From the NCBI GenBank assembly GCA_965218115.1, contig OZ244584.1:2560012-2624011 (forward strand): a DNA stretch of 64,000 nucleotides, written 5' to 3'. Source of the DNA: Dehalococcoidia bacterium. GTDB taxonomy: Bacteria; Chloroflexota; Dehalococcoidia; Bin125. A program made the translations under genes and the position numbers. The first letter of the stretch is position 1, and every line of letters begins with the position of its first letter. This document shows positions 38,018 through 48,451 of this stretch, piece by piece. The notes beneath the pieces were generated by a model that ran no database searches, was not told the DNA's origin, and saw nothing but the letters and a program-made list of their open reading frames with translations.

Positions 38018-38917
38018 ATGGTCAGTCGTGCCGCCGCCGCCGTGCGCACCCGACCGCGCCGTGAGCGTGAGTCGGAAGTGCTCGTCTGGCCGGACCTCGT
38101 CTTCATCGAGTTCATCTCGGCCGTGCTCTTCTCGATCGCGCTGCTGGTGCTCTCGGCGATGGTCAACGCGCCGCTGCTCAACCGCGCGGACCCCGACACC
38201 ACGCCGAATCCTTCCAAGGCGCCGTGGTACTTCCTCAACCTGCAGGAGCTGCTGCTGCACATGGAGCCGGCCTGGGCCGGGGTGATCGTGCCCACCATCG
38301 CGCTCGTGTTGCTCGCCGCGATTCCCTACTGGGACCGCAAAACCGACGGCCAGGGCGTCTGGTTCGGGACCCGCTTCGCCGGCCGCCTCGCGATCTTCGG
38401 TTTCACCGCCGCGGTCATGCTCACCAGCCTGCTGATCATCTACGACGGGTCGCTGCACGTGATCTGGACCGAGAACATCATCCGCGGGACCGGGATCAAC
38501 AGCGATTTCCAGTGGCCTGCGTGGCTCGACTGGTTCCGCAACCTGCGCGGGCTGGACACCAGCATCCCCTGGGAGTCACTGGGCTTCACCATCGGCGGGT
38601 TCACGATGTTCGAGAATTGGCGGGCGATTCCACTGGGGATCCCCGGCACCACCACAGATCCGTGGTTACTCAATCTGAACTTCCCCTCGTTCCTGTCGCA
38701 GCAGCTTGTGCCCGTCGCGACGATGGTCGGGCTGCCGATCATGTTCGTGCTGTTCTGCAAGCTGCTCGGCTGGGTTCACACCCGCCGCGACATCGCGCTG
38801 CTGATTTTCAGCGCCTTCATCGGCGTCTACCTGACGACCACCATCGTCGGCACGGCGTTCCGTGGCCAGGGTCAGGATTTGCGTCCGCCCTGGGACATCG
38901 TGGTGCTGGAGGAGTAG
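38018..38917 (+). CDS. Cytochrome b subunit IV-like protein (ExtQ/PetD type)
   Basis: VWPDL, ADPDTTPNPSKAPWYFLNLQELL, IPYWDR, AFRGQG. Confidence 0.85.
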   Translation: MVSRAAAAVRTRPRRERESEVLVWPDLVFIEFISAVLFSIALLVLSAMVNAPLLNRADPDTTPNPSKAPWYFLNLQELLLHMEPAWAGVIVPTIALVLLAAIPYWDRKTDGQGVWFGTRFAGRLAIFGFTAAVMLTSLLIIYDGSLHVIWTENIIRGTGINSDFQWPAWLDWFRNLRGLDTSIPWESLGFTIGGFTMFENWRAIPLGIPGTTTDPWLLNLNFPSFLSQQLVPVATMVGLPIMFVLFCKLLGWVHTRRDIALLIFSAFIGVYLTTTIVGTAFRGQGQDLRPPWDIVVLEE

Positions 38918-38952
38918 ACGAATGCTGTTCGATCTACCGACATCAAGGATGA

Positions 38953-39687
38953 GTGTGCGCCGTGTCTGAGCGTCGCCAACCGACCAGTGAGGGTGGGCGG
39001 CAGCAGCGTCTGCCGGCGGCCGCCGAACCCTCGGGCAGCTCGCGGCCGGCGCGCGCGCCGCACCTCGCGCCCGGAGCGCGTGGCGGCGTCGTCGCCGACC
39101 AGCAGGGTGAGCGCGCGATCGTCACCCGCGCCCAGCGCCGCCGCGCGCGGGCCGGCCAGGTCACCCGCCGCCAGCTGCTGCGCGTCAGCTTCTGGGGCTT
39201 CTTCATGTTCGGCCTGACCGGCGGGCTCGGCGCATTCCTGGCCAACTTCTGGCCGCGCAACGTGACCGGCTTCGGCGGCAAGATCTCGGTCGCCGCATCC
39301 GTCGTGCCCGAGGGCGGCGACGACCCGGAGCCGGTGCAGATCGGCAAGTTCTACCTCTCGCATCTCAACGCCGGCGCGGGCACGCACGGCGGCTTCGGCG
39401 AAGAGGGCGACCAGGGCCTGTTGGCGCTGTGGTGGAAGTGTCCGCACCTCGGCTGCACCATCCCCTGGCGCTCCGATTTCCCGTTCGAGGGCGTTTCAGG
39501 CTGGTTCCGCTGCCCGTGCCACGGCTCCACCTACACCCCCGGGGGCATCCGCGTCTTCGGACCCGCCCCGCGGCCGATGGACACGATGGAGATCACCATC
39601 AATCCCGACGGTTCGCTAACCGTCGACAGTGGCAAAGTCACCAAGGGCGGGCAGGACAACCCCCGTCGCACGATCCCCTACGCATAG
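38953..39687 (+). CDS. Rieske 2Fe-2S subunit
   Basis: Tat motif TRRQLL plus TM helix; CPHLGC and CPCHGS; GPAPRPM. Confidence 0.93.
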   Translation: MCAVSERRQPTSEGGRQQRLPAAAEPSGSSRPARAPHLAPGARGGVVADQQGERAIVTRAQRRRARAGQVTRRQLLRVSFWGFFMFGLTGGLGAFLANFWPRNVTGFGGKISVAASVVPEGGDDPEPVQIGKFYLSHLNAGAGTHGGFGEEGDQGLLALWWKCPHLGCTIPWRSDFPFEGVSGWFRCPCHGSTYTPGGIRVFGPAPRPMDTMEITINPDGSLTVDSGKVTKGGQDNPRRTIPYA

Positions 39688-39705
39688 CGCAGTGGACGGA
39701 CAACG

Positions 39706-40812
39706 ATGAGCGGCCAGAACACCGAGAAGCAGATCCTTGCGATGGTCATCCTGCTGGTGATTTCGGTCGCCTCGCTGGGCGCCTATGTGTGGTTCGACAA
39801 CGGTCGTCGCACCGAAGCGACGAGCGAAGTCTTCGAGCGCGACTCCGAACGCGGCGCGCACCTCTTTGCGCGCAACTGCCGCGTCTGCCACGGCAACGAC
39901 GGCGCGGGGCGCGAGAGCAACTCCAAACTCGTGGGCGTGGCGCTCAACAAGCCCTCCAACACCTTCGCCTGGCGCACCGAGAACGCCGGCCAGCTCTTGA
40001 TCCTGCAGAACAGATTTCGCTTCACGATCGCCTGCGGCCGCAACGGCACGCCGATGCCGCCGTGGTCGCTCGATCAGGGCGGATCGCTCGACTCGTTCAA
40101 GATCGAGAACCTCGTCACGATGATCACGACCAACGCCGGTGATGCGTGGCATCTCGCCAACGAGGTGGGGATCGAGGAGGACGAGGTGGCGATCGGCAAT
40201 CTGGAGATCGCGCTCGACAGCGCCGAGGACCTGCTTGAGGACGGGGGATGGACTGACAATCTCGAAGCGGCCCAGACCGCAGTGGCCGCCGCCGAAGCCG
40301 ACGACGCGCAGCTCGCTCGCCTGCGCGACGCCGTCGCGCAGGCCGGCGCCGACCTCGACGCACTGAACGAGGACGGCGCGGACGCCGACGAGATCGCCGC
40401 CGCCGAGGCCGACCTCGTTGCCGCGAACAGCGCGCTGGCTGACTACGAAAAGCCGTACACCCGTCTCGTGCTCGCCTTCATCAAGGTCGCGACGGCCGAT
40501 TCCGACGACGACAGCGATCCGGTCGTCGAGGCGCAGGGGCGGCTTAACGAGGCCAGCTCAATCGCTCGCGGCGTCGCCGAACAGCGAGCCTGGCTCAAGG
40601 TCGTCAGCGACCTCGCGGTCGCGCATTCGAACCTCGACGAGGCCGAAGAACGCTTCGCCGCCGGCTTGCCGATCGCCCTGGCGCCGGCGCAGGTCACATC
40701 TGAAACGTGCGGTCAGGTGCACAGCTTCGGCACGATCGAGGAATTGATCGTCGCCGCTGAGGGTGAGGAGCTGGGCGGCTGGCTCGCATCGCGCGGCTCC
40801 GACGACGGCTAG
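39706..40812 (+). CDS. Membrane-anchored monoheme cytochrome c with acidic helical insertion
   Basis: N-terminal TM, CRVCH, GTPMPPW (axial Met). Confidence 0.88.
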   Translation: MSGQNTEKQILAMVILLVISVASLGAYVWFDNGRRTEATSEVFERDSERGAHLFARNCRVCHGNDGAGRESNSKLVGVALNKPSNTFAWRTENAGQLLILQNRFRFTIACGRNGTPMPPWSLDQGGSLDSFKIENLVTMITTNAGDAWHLANEVGIEEDEVAIGNLEIALDSAEDLLEDGGWTDNLEAAQTAVAAAEADDAQLARLRDAVAQAGADLDALNEDGADADEIAAAEADLVAANSALADYEKPYTRLVLAFIKVATADSDDDSDPVVEAQGRLNEASSIARGVAEQRAWLKVVSDLAVAHSNLDEAEERFAAGLPIALAPAQVTSETCGQVHSFGTIEELIVAAEGEELGGWLASRGSDDG

Positions 40813-40878
40813 GACACGCCGGACAACACGGCGCGATCACGTAGACTTTCGGCATTGTGCCGACCCAGGAGGAATTCG

Positions 40879-41001
40879 ATGGCAGCAGCCCAGACCGGTA
40901 AGCGCTACGTGTGCACCAGCTGCGGGGCGGAGTTCATCGTCACACGTGGCGGTGAAGCCGAGCTCAAGTGCGGCGGCAATGCGCTCGAAGAGAAGAAGTA
41001 G
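40879..41001 (+). CDS. 40-aa desulforedoxin/Zn-ribbon-like protein (not in the ORF track)
   Basis: aggagg RBS; MAAAQTGKRYVCTSCGAEFIVTRGGEAELKCGGNALEEKK. Confidence 0.75.
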   Translation: MAAAQTGKRYVCTSCGAEFIVTRGGEAELKCGGNALEEKK

Positions 41002-41054
41002 CCGGCGCCCCCACCAGCCAACCAGCCAGCCAGCACAGCGCAGGAGGCAGCACG

Positions 41055-41198
41055 ATGGCAGTGCAACTCGGTAAGCGATACAAGGACGAGACGACCGGCG
41101 TCGAGGTGCTCTGCATCAAGCCGGGCGAGTGCGAGCTCAAGGCGGACGACCGCGAGATGGAGCTGATGCAGCCCAAGGTGCTGCCCTCGGCCGACTAG
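41055..41198 (+). CDS. 47-aa paralogous small protein ending LPSAD
   Basis: aggagg RBS; MAVQLGKRYKDETTGVEVLCIKPGECELKADDREMELMQPKVLPSAD. Confidence 0.75.
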   Translation: MAVQLGKRYKDETTGVEVLCIKPGECELKADDREMELMQPKVLPSAD

Positions 41199-41212
41199 GC
41201 CCGGACCGCGAG

Positions 41213-41695
41213 ATGGCGCAACCTGGGGCGACAGGCGGGGCGGCAAGTCTGCGCGAGCGGCTGCGCGAAGACCTCAAGGACGCCATGCGCGCACGCGACG
41301 TGGTGCGGCGTGACACGATCCGGCTCGTCGAAGCGGCGATCAAGAACGTCGAGATCGAGCGTCGCGGCGCCGAGCTGTCCGACGCGGATGTCGTCGTGAT
41401 CATGCAGCGCCAGGTCAAGCAGCGGCATGAGAGCATCACGCAGTACGAACAGGTCAACCGCAGCGACCTGGCCGATGTCGAGCGCGCTGAGCTGGCGGTG
41501 ATCGAGGCATACCTCCCGCAGCAGATGTCACGCGAGGAGATCGTCGTGACGGCACGGGCGATGATCGAGCAGCTGGGCGCCCGCGGCCCTTCCGACCGCG
41601 GCAAGGTGATGGGCGGGCTGATGGGGCAGCTGCGCGGCAAGGCCGATGGCGCAACGGTCAACGCGGTCGTCAGCGAGCTGCTCGCAGAGATGTGA
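41213..41695 (+). CDS. GatB/YqeY domain protein
   Basis: DLKDAMRARD, VKQRHES, YLPQQMS, GKVMG, GKADG. Confidence 0.92.
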   Translation: MAQPGATGGAASLRERLREDLKDAMRARDVVRRDTIRLVEAAIKNVEIERRGAELSDADVVVIMQRQVKQRHESITQYEQVNRSDLADVERAELAVIEAYLPQQMSREEIVVTARAMIEQLGARGPSDRGKVMGGLMGQLRGKADGATVNAVVSELLAEM

Positions 41696-41846
41696 GCATC
41701 CCGCCTTGACGACAGCTGCGCATCGATGCTGATGCGTTGAGGAGTCAGGGGCGCCAGCGCTCTTCGGCGTAGCCACGGTGCGGCGTGATATGGATCACTC
41801 TGTATGATCGATCCATCATCTCGAGCAGGGTCGTCGCTGGAAACTG

Positions 41847-44066
41847 ATGCTCCGAGAGCACTACTTCACACCCCTTCGAGTCGGTGTCTTCAGCATCGCT
41901 GTCGCGATCGGGATCGTGCTGGCGCTGACCCCGATTCAGGGCGCCGAGCGATTCCCCCAACTCGGCGAGGTCGCCGAGCGAACGGTCGTCGCGCCCGCCG
42001 ATTTGAGTTTCGCCAGCGCGCATCTGACCGAGTTGGAGCGTGAGGCCGCGCGCGAGGCCGTCCAGCCGCGCTTCATGTACGACCCGGACATCCAGCCTGC
42101 GCAGCTCGCGGCGCTGCGGCACTATCTGGACGAGGTCAGCGCCGCGCGGCAACGCCCGCTCACGCCGTCTCCCGCCGAGGACGCCAGCGAGGATGCGGGC
42201 GAAGACGCCAGCGAGGCCGGCGCGAGCGCTCGCGATGAGCGATCGATCGACAGCCGGATCAGCGAACGCTCCCACGAGGCGCTGCTGAACATGTCGAACT
42301 CGCAGTTCGTTCGCGTGGAGCGCGAAGCGACCAGGGTGCTGGGCGCGATGCTGGAGCGCCGGATCAACGAGGACCAACTTGAGAGCACGCAGCTCGGTGT
42401 CGCCGCGCAGCTCGACCCCGACACGTCCGTCTTCCAGGCGGCGCTGGTTGAGGAACTCGTCGCCGCCTACCTGCGCGCGACGCTGGTACCCGACCCCGCA
42501 GCCACCGCGGTAGCCCGCGACGCCGCAGCTCAGGCGGTGCCGCGAGTCGCGCAGACGTACGTCGAGGATGCGGTGATCGTCGCCAGCGGCGCAACCGTCG
42601 ACGAGGTCACGGCGGAGGCGCTCAGCCAGCTCGCGCCCGCCGGCGCGCGCGTCCCGCTGGGGCCGCTCGTGGCGATGGTGCTACTCGGCGTCGGCGCCTC
42701 CGTCGCCTGCGGGCTCTTCCTGCTCCTCGCCCAGCCCGCCGCCGCCGCCAGTGACCGACGCATGCTGCTGCTCGGCTTCCTGATCGTCGCTGCGGTCGTC
42801 GCCGGGCGCGCCTGGTTCGAGTTCACGCTGCCCGACTATCGCCCTGAGTCTCTCGACCTGATGGTCCCCGTCGCGGCTGGGCCGCTGCTGATCGCCGCCC
42901 TGCTCAGCGTTCCGCTGGGCGCCATGTCGAGCATCTTGATCGCCTTGCTGCTCGGCGTGGCGGCGGTGGTGCTGCCCGACTACCGCGACGCCGCGCCGAC
43001 GGGGGCGCAGGCGCTGCGTCCGGCGGCCGTGTTCCTGATCGTCTCACTGACCGCCGTCGCCGCGTCGACGCGCGCGCAGGCGCTCTCACAGTTCGGCCTC
43101 ACCGGGATCGCCGCCGGCGCGGCGGCGTTCGTCACCGGCGTCGCGTTCTGGCTGCTCGATGGGTCCCGCGAGACGATTCAGCTCGCCTGGCTGGGGCTGG
43201 CCGCGGTCGCGATCGCGGTCGGCACCGCGGTGATCACGATCGGCGCGTTCTCGCTGCTCGGCGCGCTGTTCGGGATCACCACGCGGATGCAGCTGCTCGA
43301 GCTCGCACAACTACAGCGACCGTTGCTCCGACGCCTCCAGGAGGAGGCGCCCGGGACGTTCCACCATTCGCTGCTGGTGGCCACGCTGGGCGAGCGCGCG
43401 GCGGTGCAGATCGGGGCGAATTCACTGATGGTGCGCGTCGGCGCGTACTACCACGACATCGGCAAGCTGCATTCGCCGGGGATGTTCATCGAGAACCAGG
43501 CCGAGGGGACGAACCCGCACGAGCAGCTGCCGCCGCGCGAGAGCGCCCGAGTGATCATCGAGCATGTGATCCACGGCGACGTGCTGGCCAGGACCGCCCG
43601 CTTGCCCGAACGGATCCGGGCCTTCGTGACCGAGCATCACGGGACGCGCCGGGTGACCTATTTCTACCGCAAGGCAGCGCTGGCCGACCCGCGGGTCCAG
43701 CCGGCCGACTTCACCTATGCCGGCCCCGCGCCGCAGACCCGCGAGACGGCGATCGTGATGCTCGCCGACTCGTGCGAGGCGGTCGTGCGCGCCAGCCCCG
43801 AGCACGATGACGAGACCATCGGCCTGCTGGTCGACAGCGTGATCGACGAGCGCCTCCACGAACGCCAGCTGATCGACTGCGACATCACCATGCGCGACCT
43901 GCAGTCGGTCGGCGAGTCCTTCAAATCGACGCTGCGCGGCGTCTACCACGCGCGCATCGAGTACCCCGAGCCGTCGGCCGCCGAGCGTGCAGAAGCTGAG
44001 ATGCGCGCGGCCGGCGCCGCCGTCGCCGTCAGCGGTGGCGGCCAGAGCGCCCCGCCGCCGTCATAA
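41847..44066 (+). CDS. 7TM-HDIG phosphohydrolase (PgpH-like)
   Basis: Extracellular domain, TM bundle, APGTFHHS, YHDIGK, EHHGT, MLADSCEA. Confidence 0.92.
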   Translation: MLREHYFTPLRVGVFSIAVAIGIVLALTPIQGAERFPQLGEVAERTVVAPADLSFASAHLTELEREAAREAVQPRFMYDPDIQPAQLAALRHYLDEVSAARQRPLTPSPAEDASEDAGEDASEAGASARDERSIDSRISERSHEALLNMSNSQFVRVEREATRVLGAMLERRINEDQLESTQLGVAAQLDPDTSVFQAALVEELVAAYLRATLVPDPAATAVARDAAAQAVPRVAQTYVEDAVIVASGATVDEVTAEALSQLAPAGARVPLGPLVAMVLLGVGASVACGLFLLLAQPAAAASDRRMLLLGFLIVAAVVAGRAWFEFTLPDYRPESLDLMVPVAAGPLLIAALLSVPLGAMSSILIALLLGVAAVVLPDYRDAAPTGAQALRPAAVFLIVSLTAVAASTRAQALSQFGLTGIAAGAAAFVTGVAFWLLDGSRETIQLAWLGLAAVAIAVGTAVITIGAFSLLGALFGITTRMQLLELAQLQRPLLRRLQEEAPGTFHHSLLVATLGERAAVQIGANSLMVRVGAYYHDIGKLHSPGMFIENQAEGTNPHEQLPPRESARVIIEHVIHGDVLARTARLPERIRAFVTEHHGTRRVTYFYRKAALADPRVQPADFTYAGPAPQTRETAIVMLADSCEAVVRASPEHDDETIGLLVDSVIDERLHERQLIDCDITMRDLQSVGESFKSTLRGVYHARIEYPEPSAAERAEAEMRAAGAAVAVSGGGQSAPPPS

Positions 44067-44156
44067 GCGCAAGCGCCGCTCCGACAACAGCGGCAAACGC
44101 GACTCGGCGATAGCATCGAAATCGCCCCCAGCATCGGTCGCTCGCGGGAGTTCACT

Positions 44157-44843
44157 GTGCGCTTTGCGGTCGTCGCCTTTCCCGGCACCTGGAGCGAGCA
44201 CGATTGCATCCACGCCCTGCGCGATCTCGGCCAGCAGGCCGAACGCGTCTGGCATCGCGAGTCCGACCTGGACGGCTTCGACGGGGTGATTCTGCCCGGC
44301 GGCTTTTCCTACGGCGACCACCTGCGCTGCGGCGCGATCGCCCGCTTCTCGCCGGTCATGGACGCGGTGCGGCGGCTCGCTGAGCAGGGCCGTCCGGTGT
44401 TCGGCTCCTGCAACGGCTTCCAGATTCTCTGCGAGGCCGGCCTGCTGCCCGGTGCATTGCTGCGCAACGCCTCACTGAAGTTCCGCTGCCAGCCCCAGCA
44501 CGTCCGCGTGGAGCGCGCCGACACGGGCTTCACGGCAGCGTGCGAGCGCGGCCAGGTGCTGCAGCTGCCGATCTCGCACGGCGAGGGCAACTACCACGCC
44601 GGCGCCGATCTGCTGCGCGAGCTCGAAGAGACCGGCCGCATCCTGTTCCGCTATTGCGACGAGCAGGGCGTGCTCGGCGGTCACGCCAATCCCAACGGCT
44701 CCGCGCACGACATCGCGGGCGTGATCAATCCGGCCGGCAACGTGCTGGGCATGATGCCCCACCCCGAGCGCGTTTCAGACCCGCTGCTGGGCGGCGACGA
44801 CGGCAATCTGTTGTGGCGCTCGATGATCGAGCGCTGGGGCTGA
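44157..44843 (+). CDS. purQ: FGAM synthase glutaminase subunit
   Basis: PGGFSYGD, CNGFQIL, MMPHPER. Confidence 0.96.
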   Translation: MRFAVVAFPGTWSEHDCIHALRDLGQQAERVWHRESDLDGFDGVILPGGFSYGDHLRCGAIARFSPVMDAVRRLAEQGRPVFGSCNGFQILCEAGLLPGALLRNASLKFRCQPQHVRVERADTGFTAACERGQVLQLPISHGEGNYHAGADLLRELEETGRILFRYCDEQGVLGGHANPNGSAHDIAGVINPAGNVLGMMPHPERVSDPLLGGDDGNLLWRSMIERWG

Positions 44844-44845
44844 GC

Positions 44846-47098
44846 GTGGCCGGCTCCCAGCCCGACCCTGACGCGCGGCAGGCCGAGCCCGACGACGAGG
44901 TGTTGGCGCAGATCGCGTTGAGCCGCGACGAGTACCGCCGCGCCTGCGAGCTGCTCAACCGCAGCCCGACCGATGTCGAGCTGGGCATGATCGGCGCGCT
45001 CTGGAGCGAGCACTGCGGCTACAAGCACTCACGCCCGCTCTTCCACCACTTCCCCACCGAGGGCGAACGGATTCTCACGAGGCTTGGCGACGAAAACGCC
45101 GGCGCGATCGACATCGGCGACGGCTGGGTTGCCGTGATGAAGATCGAATCCCACAACCACCCGAGCGCGATCGAGCCCTACGAGGGCGCCGCGACCGGCG
45201 TCGGTGGGATCGTGCGCGACATCTTTGCGATGGGCGCGCAACCGATCGCGCTGCTCGACTCGCTCCGCTTCGGCCCGCTCGAAGACGCCCGCAATCGTCG
45301 GCTGTGCGTCGGCGTGGTCGCCGGGATCGGCGGCTACGGGAACTGCCTCGGCATCCCCACGGTCGGCGGCGAGGTCGTGATCGCGCCCGAATACTCCGGC
45401 AACCCGCTGGTCAACGCGATGTGCCTCGGCGTCACCCGGCGCGAGCAGCTCATCTCGGCCACGGCGGGTCCGCCCGGCAGCCGGCTGATGCTCGTCGGCG
45501 CGGACACCGGCCGCGACGGTCTGCACGGCGCGACCTTCGCCAGCGTCGAGCTCGACGAATCAAGCGTCGAGCGCCGGCCCGCGGTGCAGGTCGGCAACCC
45601 ATTCCTCGAGAAGCTGCTGATGGATGCGTGCGTCGGCCTCGTCCGCGAGCACCGCGACTGGATCGAGGGCCTGCAGGACTGCGGCGCAGCCGGCCTGACC
45701 AGCTCCACGGTCGAAATGGCCGAGCGCGCCGGAGTTGGGATCATCCTCCATACGGAGCGCGTCCCGCGCCGCGAACGCGGCATGACGCCCTACGAAGTGA
45801 TGCTCTCCGAGTCGCAGGAGCGGATGGTCGTCTCGGTGAAGCCCGGCCACATCGGCGATGTCGCCGCCTGGTTCGAGCAGTGGGAGCTCGACGCCACCGA
45901 GATCGGCGAGGTCACCTCCGACGGCCTCGCCCGCGTCATGGAAGGCGCCGCCGAGGTCGCTGCGGCGCCCGTCCGGATGCTGACCAACGCCCCGACCTAT
46001 GAACCCGTCGCCGCACGCGACCCCGCCGCCGCGGCGCGCGCCGCGTTCGATCCCGCCACGCTGCCCGACCTCGACCCGGCGGATGCGAACGACGCTCTGC
46101 TGCAACTGCTCGCCTCACCCAATATCGCGTCCAAGCGCTGGGTCTGGCGACAGTACGATCACATGGTCGGCACAAACACCGTCGTCACGCCCGGCTCGGA
46201 TGCCGCCGTTCTGCGCATCCGAGGTCTCAAGCAGGGACTCGCCGTCTGCACAGACGGCCCCGGCCGCGCGGTTGAACTCAATCCCTACGTCGGCGCCGCC
46301 CGCGCCGTCGCCGAGGCGGCGCGCAACATCGCCTGCACCGGCGCGCGACCGGTCGCTGTCACCGATTGCCTCAACTTCGCCAATCCCGAACGCCCGCACA
46401 TCTACTACCAGCTGCGCGAGTCGATCCGCGGCATGGCCGACGCCTGCCGTGCCTTCGATGCGCCCGTCGTCTCCGGCAACGCCTCGCTCTACAACGAGTC
46501 GGACGACGGCCCGGTGCTGCCCACGCCGGTGATCGGGATGCTCGGCCTGCTCGCGGGCCCGGAGCTGGCGGTTCGCTCGGCGTTCCGGTCGGAGGGCGAC
46601 ATCGTGATCCTGCTCGGCGCGGGCCTCGAGCAGCCCGCCGCCTCACTCGGCGCGAGCGAATACCTCGCCGTGCGTCACAGCCTCAGCGCCGGCCCGGTCG
46701 AGGTCGACCTCGACGCCGAGCGCCGTCTCGTCGATTGCCTCGTCGAAGCCGCAGAAGCTGGGCTCCTTCGTTCGGCCCACGACTGTAGCGAGGGCGGTCT
46801 GGCGGTCGCGCTCGCCGAGTCGGCCATCGGCGGGGGCGTCGGAGTGCAGGTCGCCGGCGAGCTCGGCGTCCGCCTCGATGCCGCCCTCTTCGGCGAATCC
46901 GGCCACCGCGCGATCGTCACGACCAGCCTCGAATCCGCCGCCAGACTGCGTGCCATCGCCGCCGCTCACCACGTCCCTCACACCGAGCTCGGCCGGGTCG
47001 GCGGCGACCGGATCGCGATCAGCGACGCGATCACCGTCCCAGTGTCAGCCGCAGCGGCCGTGTGGGACTCAGCTCTGCCACGGCTGCTGGACGTCTAG
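44846..47098 (+). CDS. purL: FGAM synthase subunit
   Basis: WSEHCGYK, ESHNHPS, GGIVRDI, SESQERM, SAHDCSEGG. Confidence 0.96.
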   Translation: MAGSQPDPDARQAEPDDEVLAQIALSRDEYRRACELLNRSPTDVELGMIGALWSEHCGYKHSRPLFHHFPTEGERILTRLGDENAGAIDIGDGWVAVMKIESHNHPSAIEPYEGAATGVGGIVRDIFAMGAQPIALLDSLRFGPLEDARNRRLCVGVVAGIGGYGNCLGIPTVGGEVVIAPEYSGNPLVNAMCLGVTRREQLISATAGPPGSRLMLVGADTGRDGLHGATFASVELDESSVERRPAVQVGNPFLEKLLMDACVGLVREHRDWIEGLQDCGAAGLTSSTVEMAERAGVGIILHTERVPRRERGMTPYEVMLSESQERMVVSVKPGHIGDVAAWFEQWELDATEIGEVTSDGLARVMEGAAEVAAAPVRMLTNAPTYEPVAARDPAAAARAAFDPATLPDLDPADANDALLQLLASPNIASKRWVWRQYDHMVGTNTVVTPGSDAAVLRIRGLKQGLAVCTDGPGRAVELNPYVGAARAVAEAARNIACTGARPVAVTDCLNFANPERPHIYYQLRESIRGMADACRAFDAPVVSGNASLYNESDDGPVLPTPVIGMLGLLAGPELAVRSAFRSEGDIVILLGAGLEQPAASLGASEYLAVRHSLSAGPVEVDLDAERRLVDCLVEAAEAGLLRSAHDCSEGGLAVALAESAIGGGVGVQVAGELGVRLDAALFGESGHRAIVTTSLESAARLRAIAAAHHVPHTELGRVGGDRIAISDAITVPVSAAAAVWDSALPRLLDV

Positions 47099-47140
47099 CC
47101 GCACCGCCTGAGCCTGCCCGCCGCGCTGAACCAACTGTGC

Positions 47141-48364
47141 CTAATCGCCTGCGGCGGCAGCGCCTTGCTGACGCACGGCGGTGATGCCGGCGTCGTGGAA
47201 GCGCTCGATGTCGCTCCAGTCGTAGCCGAGGTCGAGCAGCACCTGCTCAGTGTTCTGGCCCAGCTCCGGCGCGGCCGTCTGCACCTTCGTCGCCGTCTCG
47301 CTGAACTGCACCGGGATGCCGACCACGCGATGGTTCTCGAAGTTCGCGTGCGGCACCTCCTGGAGGTAGCCGTTGATCCAGAAGTGCTTGTCGTCGGCCA
47401 CCTGCTGGTAGTCGTAGACGGGACCGCAGGGGATTCGCCCCGCGACCAGCCGCTCGATCCACTCGTCGCGAGGGCGTGTGAGGAAGACCTGCTCCAGCTC
47501 GTTGCGCAGCCAGTCCTCGCTGTCGCGCCGCGCGAACGGGTCGACCGTGCGGTCGTCAGTCAGCAGATCGGGACGCTCGATCGCCGCACACAGCGCCGGC
47601 CACGTCTTCGGGTCGAGCAGGCCCATCGTGAACCACTCGCCATCCGAGCCCTGATACCAGGAGAAGGTCGCGCTGAAGCCGCGACCCGGCTTGAGCCGGT
47701 GCTGCATGCCGTTGTGCAGGAAGGCCTGCAGCGACAGCACCTGCAGCGACATCATCGCGCCGAGTTGCGAGACGTCGATCTTCTGGCCCACGCCATGCTG
47801 GGCGCGCGCGAACAGCGCTGTGACGATCCCGTAGGCGAAGACGATCGAGCCGGTCTGGTCGGCCAGTCCCCACGGCGCGGTGATCGGGCGCTCGCCGGGC
47901 CCGCCGCCGAGCGCGACCATCGCGCCCGACATGCCCTGCGCGACGACGTCGAACGATCCGCGCGTCCTCCACTCGCCGTTCGGCCCGAAGCCCGAGTTCG
48001 TCGCGTAGATCAGCTGGGGGTTGATCTTGTGCATCGCTTCGTAGCCGATGCCGATCGAGTCGAGGTAGCCGGGGCGGAAGTTCTCCGTGAGCACGTCGGC
48101 CTCTGCGACCAGCTTGTGCACCAGCTCGAGCGCGCCGTCCGCGCGCAGGTCGAGCGTCATGCTGCGCTTGCCGCGGTTGAGGCCCTCGAAGTAGGAACAG
48201 AAGCCGTCCGGGCCGACGCCCAGCTGGCGGCCGGGGTCGCCGTTGCCGGGCATCTCCACCTTCAGCACGTCCGCGCCCATATCGGCCAGCATCGCCGTGG
48301 CGTGCGGACCGTTCTGGTAGCGGGTGAAATCGACGATCTTGATTCCCTCAAGCGGTGCGGGCAT
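47141..48364 (-). CDS. CaiB/BaiF family III CoA transferase
   Basis: LADMGADVLKVE, NRGKRS, ENFRPG, APELGQ. Confidence 0.93.
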   Translation of the reverse strand: MPAPLEGIKIVDFTRYQNGPHATAMLADMGADVLKVEMPGNGDPGRQLGVGPDGFCSYFEGLNRGKRSMTLDLRADGALELVHKLVAEADVLTENFRPGYLDSIGIGYEAMHKINPQLIYATNSGFGPNGEWRTRGSFDVVAQGMSGAMVALGGGPGERPITAPWGLADQTGSIVFAYGIVTALFARAQHGVGQKIDVSQLGAMMSLQVLSLQAFLHNGMQHRLKPGRGFSATFSWYQGSDGEWFTMGLLDPKTWPALCAAIERPDLLTDDRTVDPFARRDSEDWLRNELEQVFLTRPRDEWIERLVAGRIPCGPVYDYQQVADDKHFWINGYLQEVPHANFENHRVVGIPVQFSETATKVQTAAPELGQNTEQVLLDLGYDWSDIERFHDAGITAVRQQGAAAAGD

Positions 48365-48451
48365 GTCGCTGCTCCTTGCTGACCCAATCGGGCGGCCAAC
48401 GCCTCTGAATCCAGAGAGTATCCGATCGCATCGGGCGAGTAGGATGCCGCC

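Noticed and set aside
44067-44156. purS upstream of purQ
   Set aside because: Only 90 bp are available and there is no PurS-like frame; the gene is presumably elsewhere.
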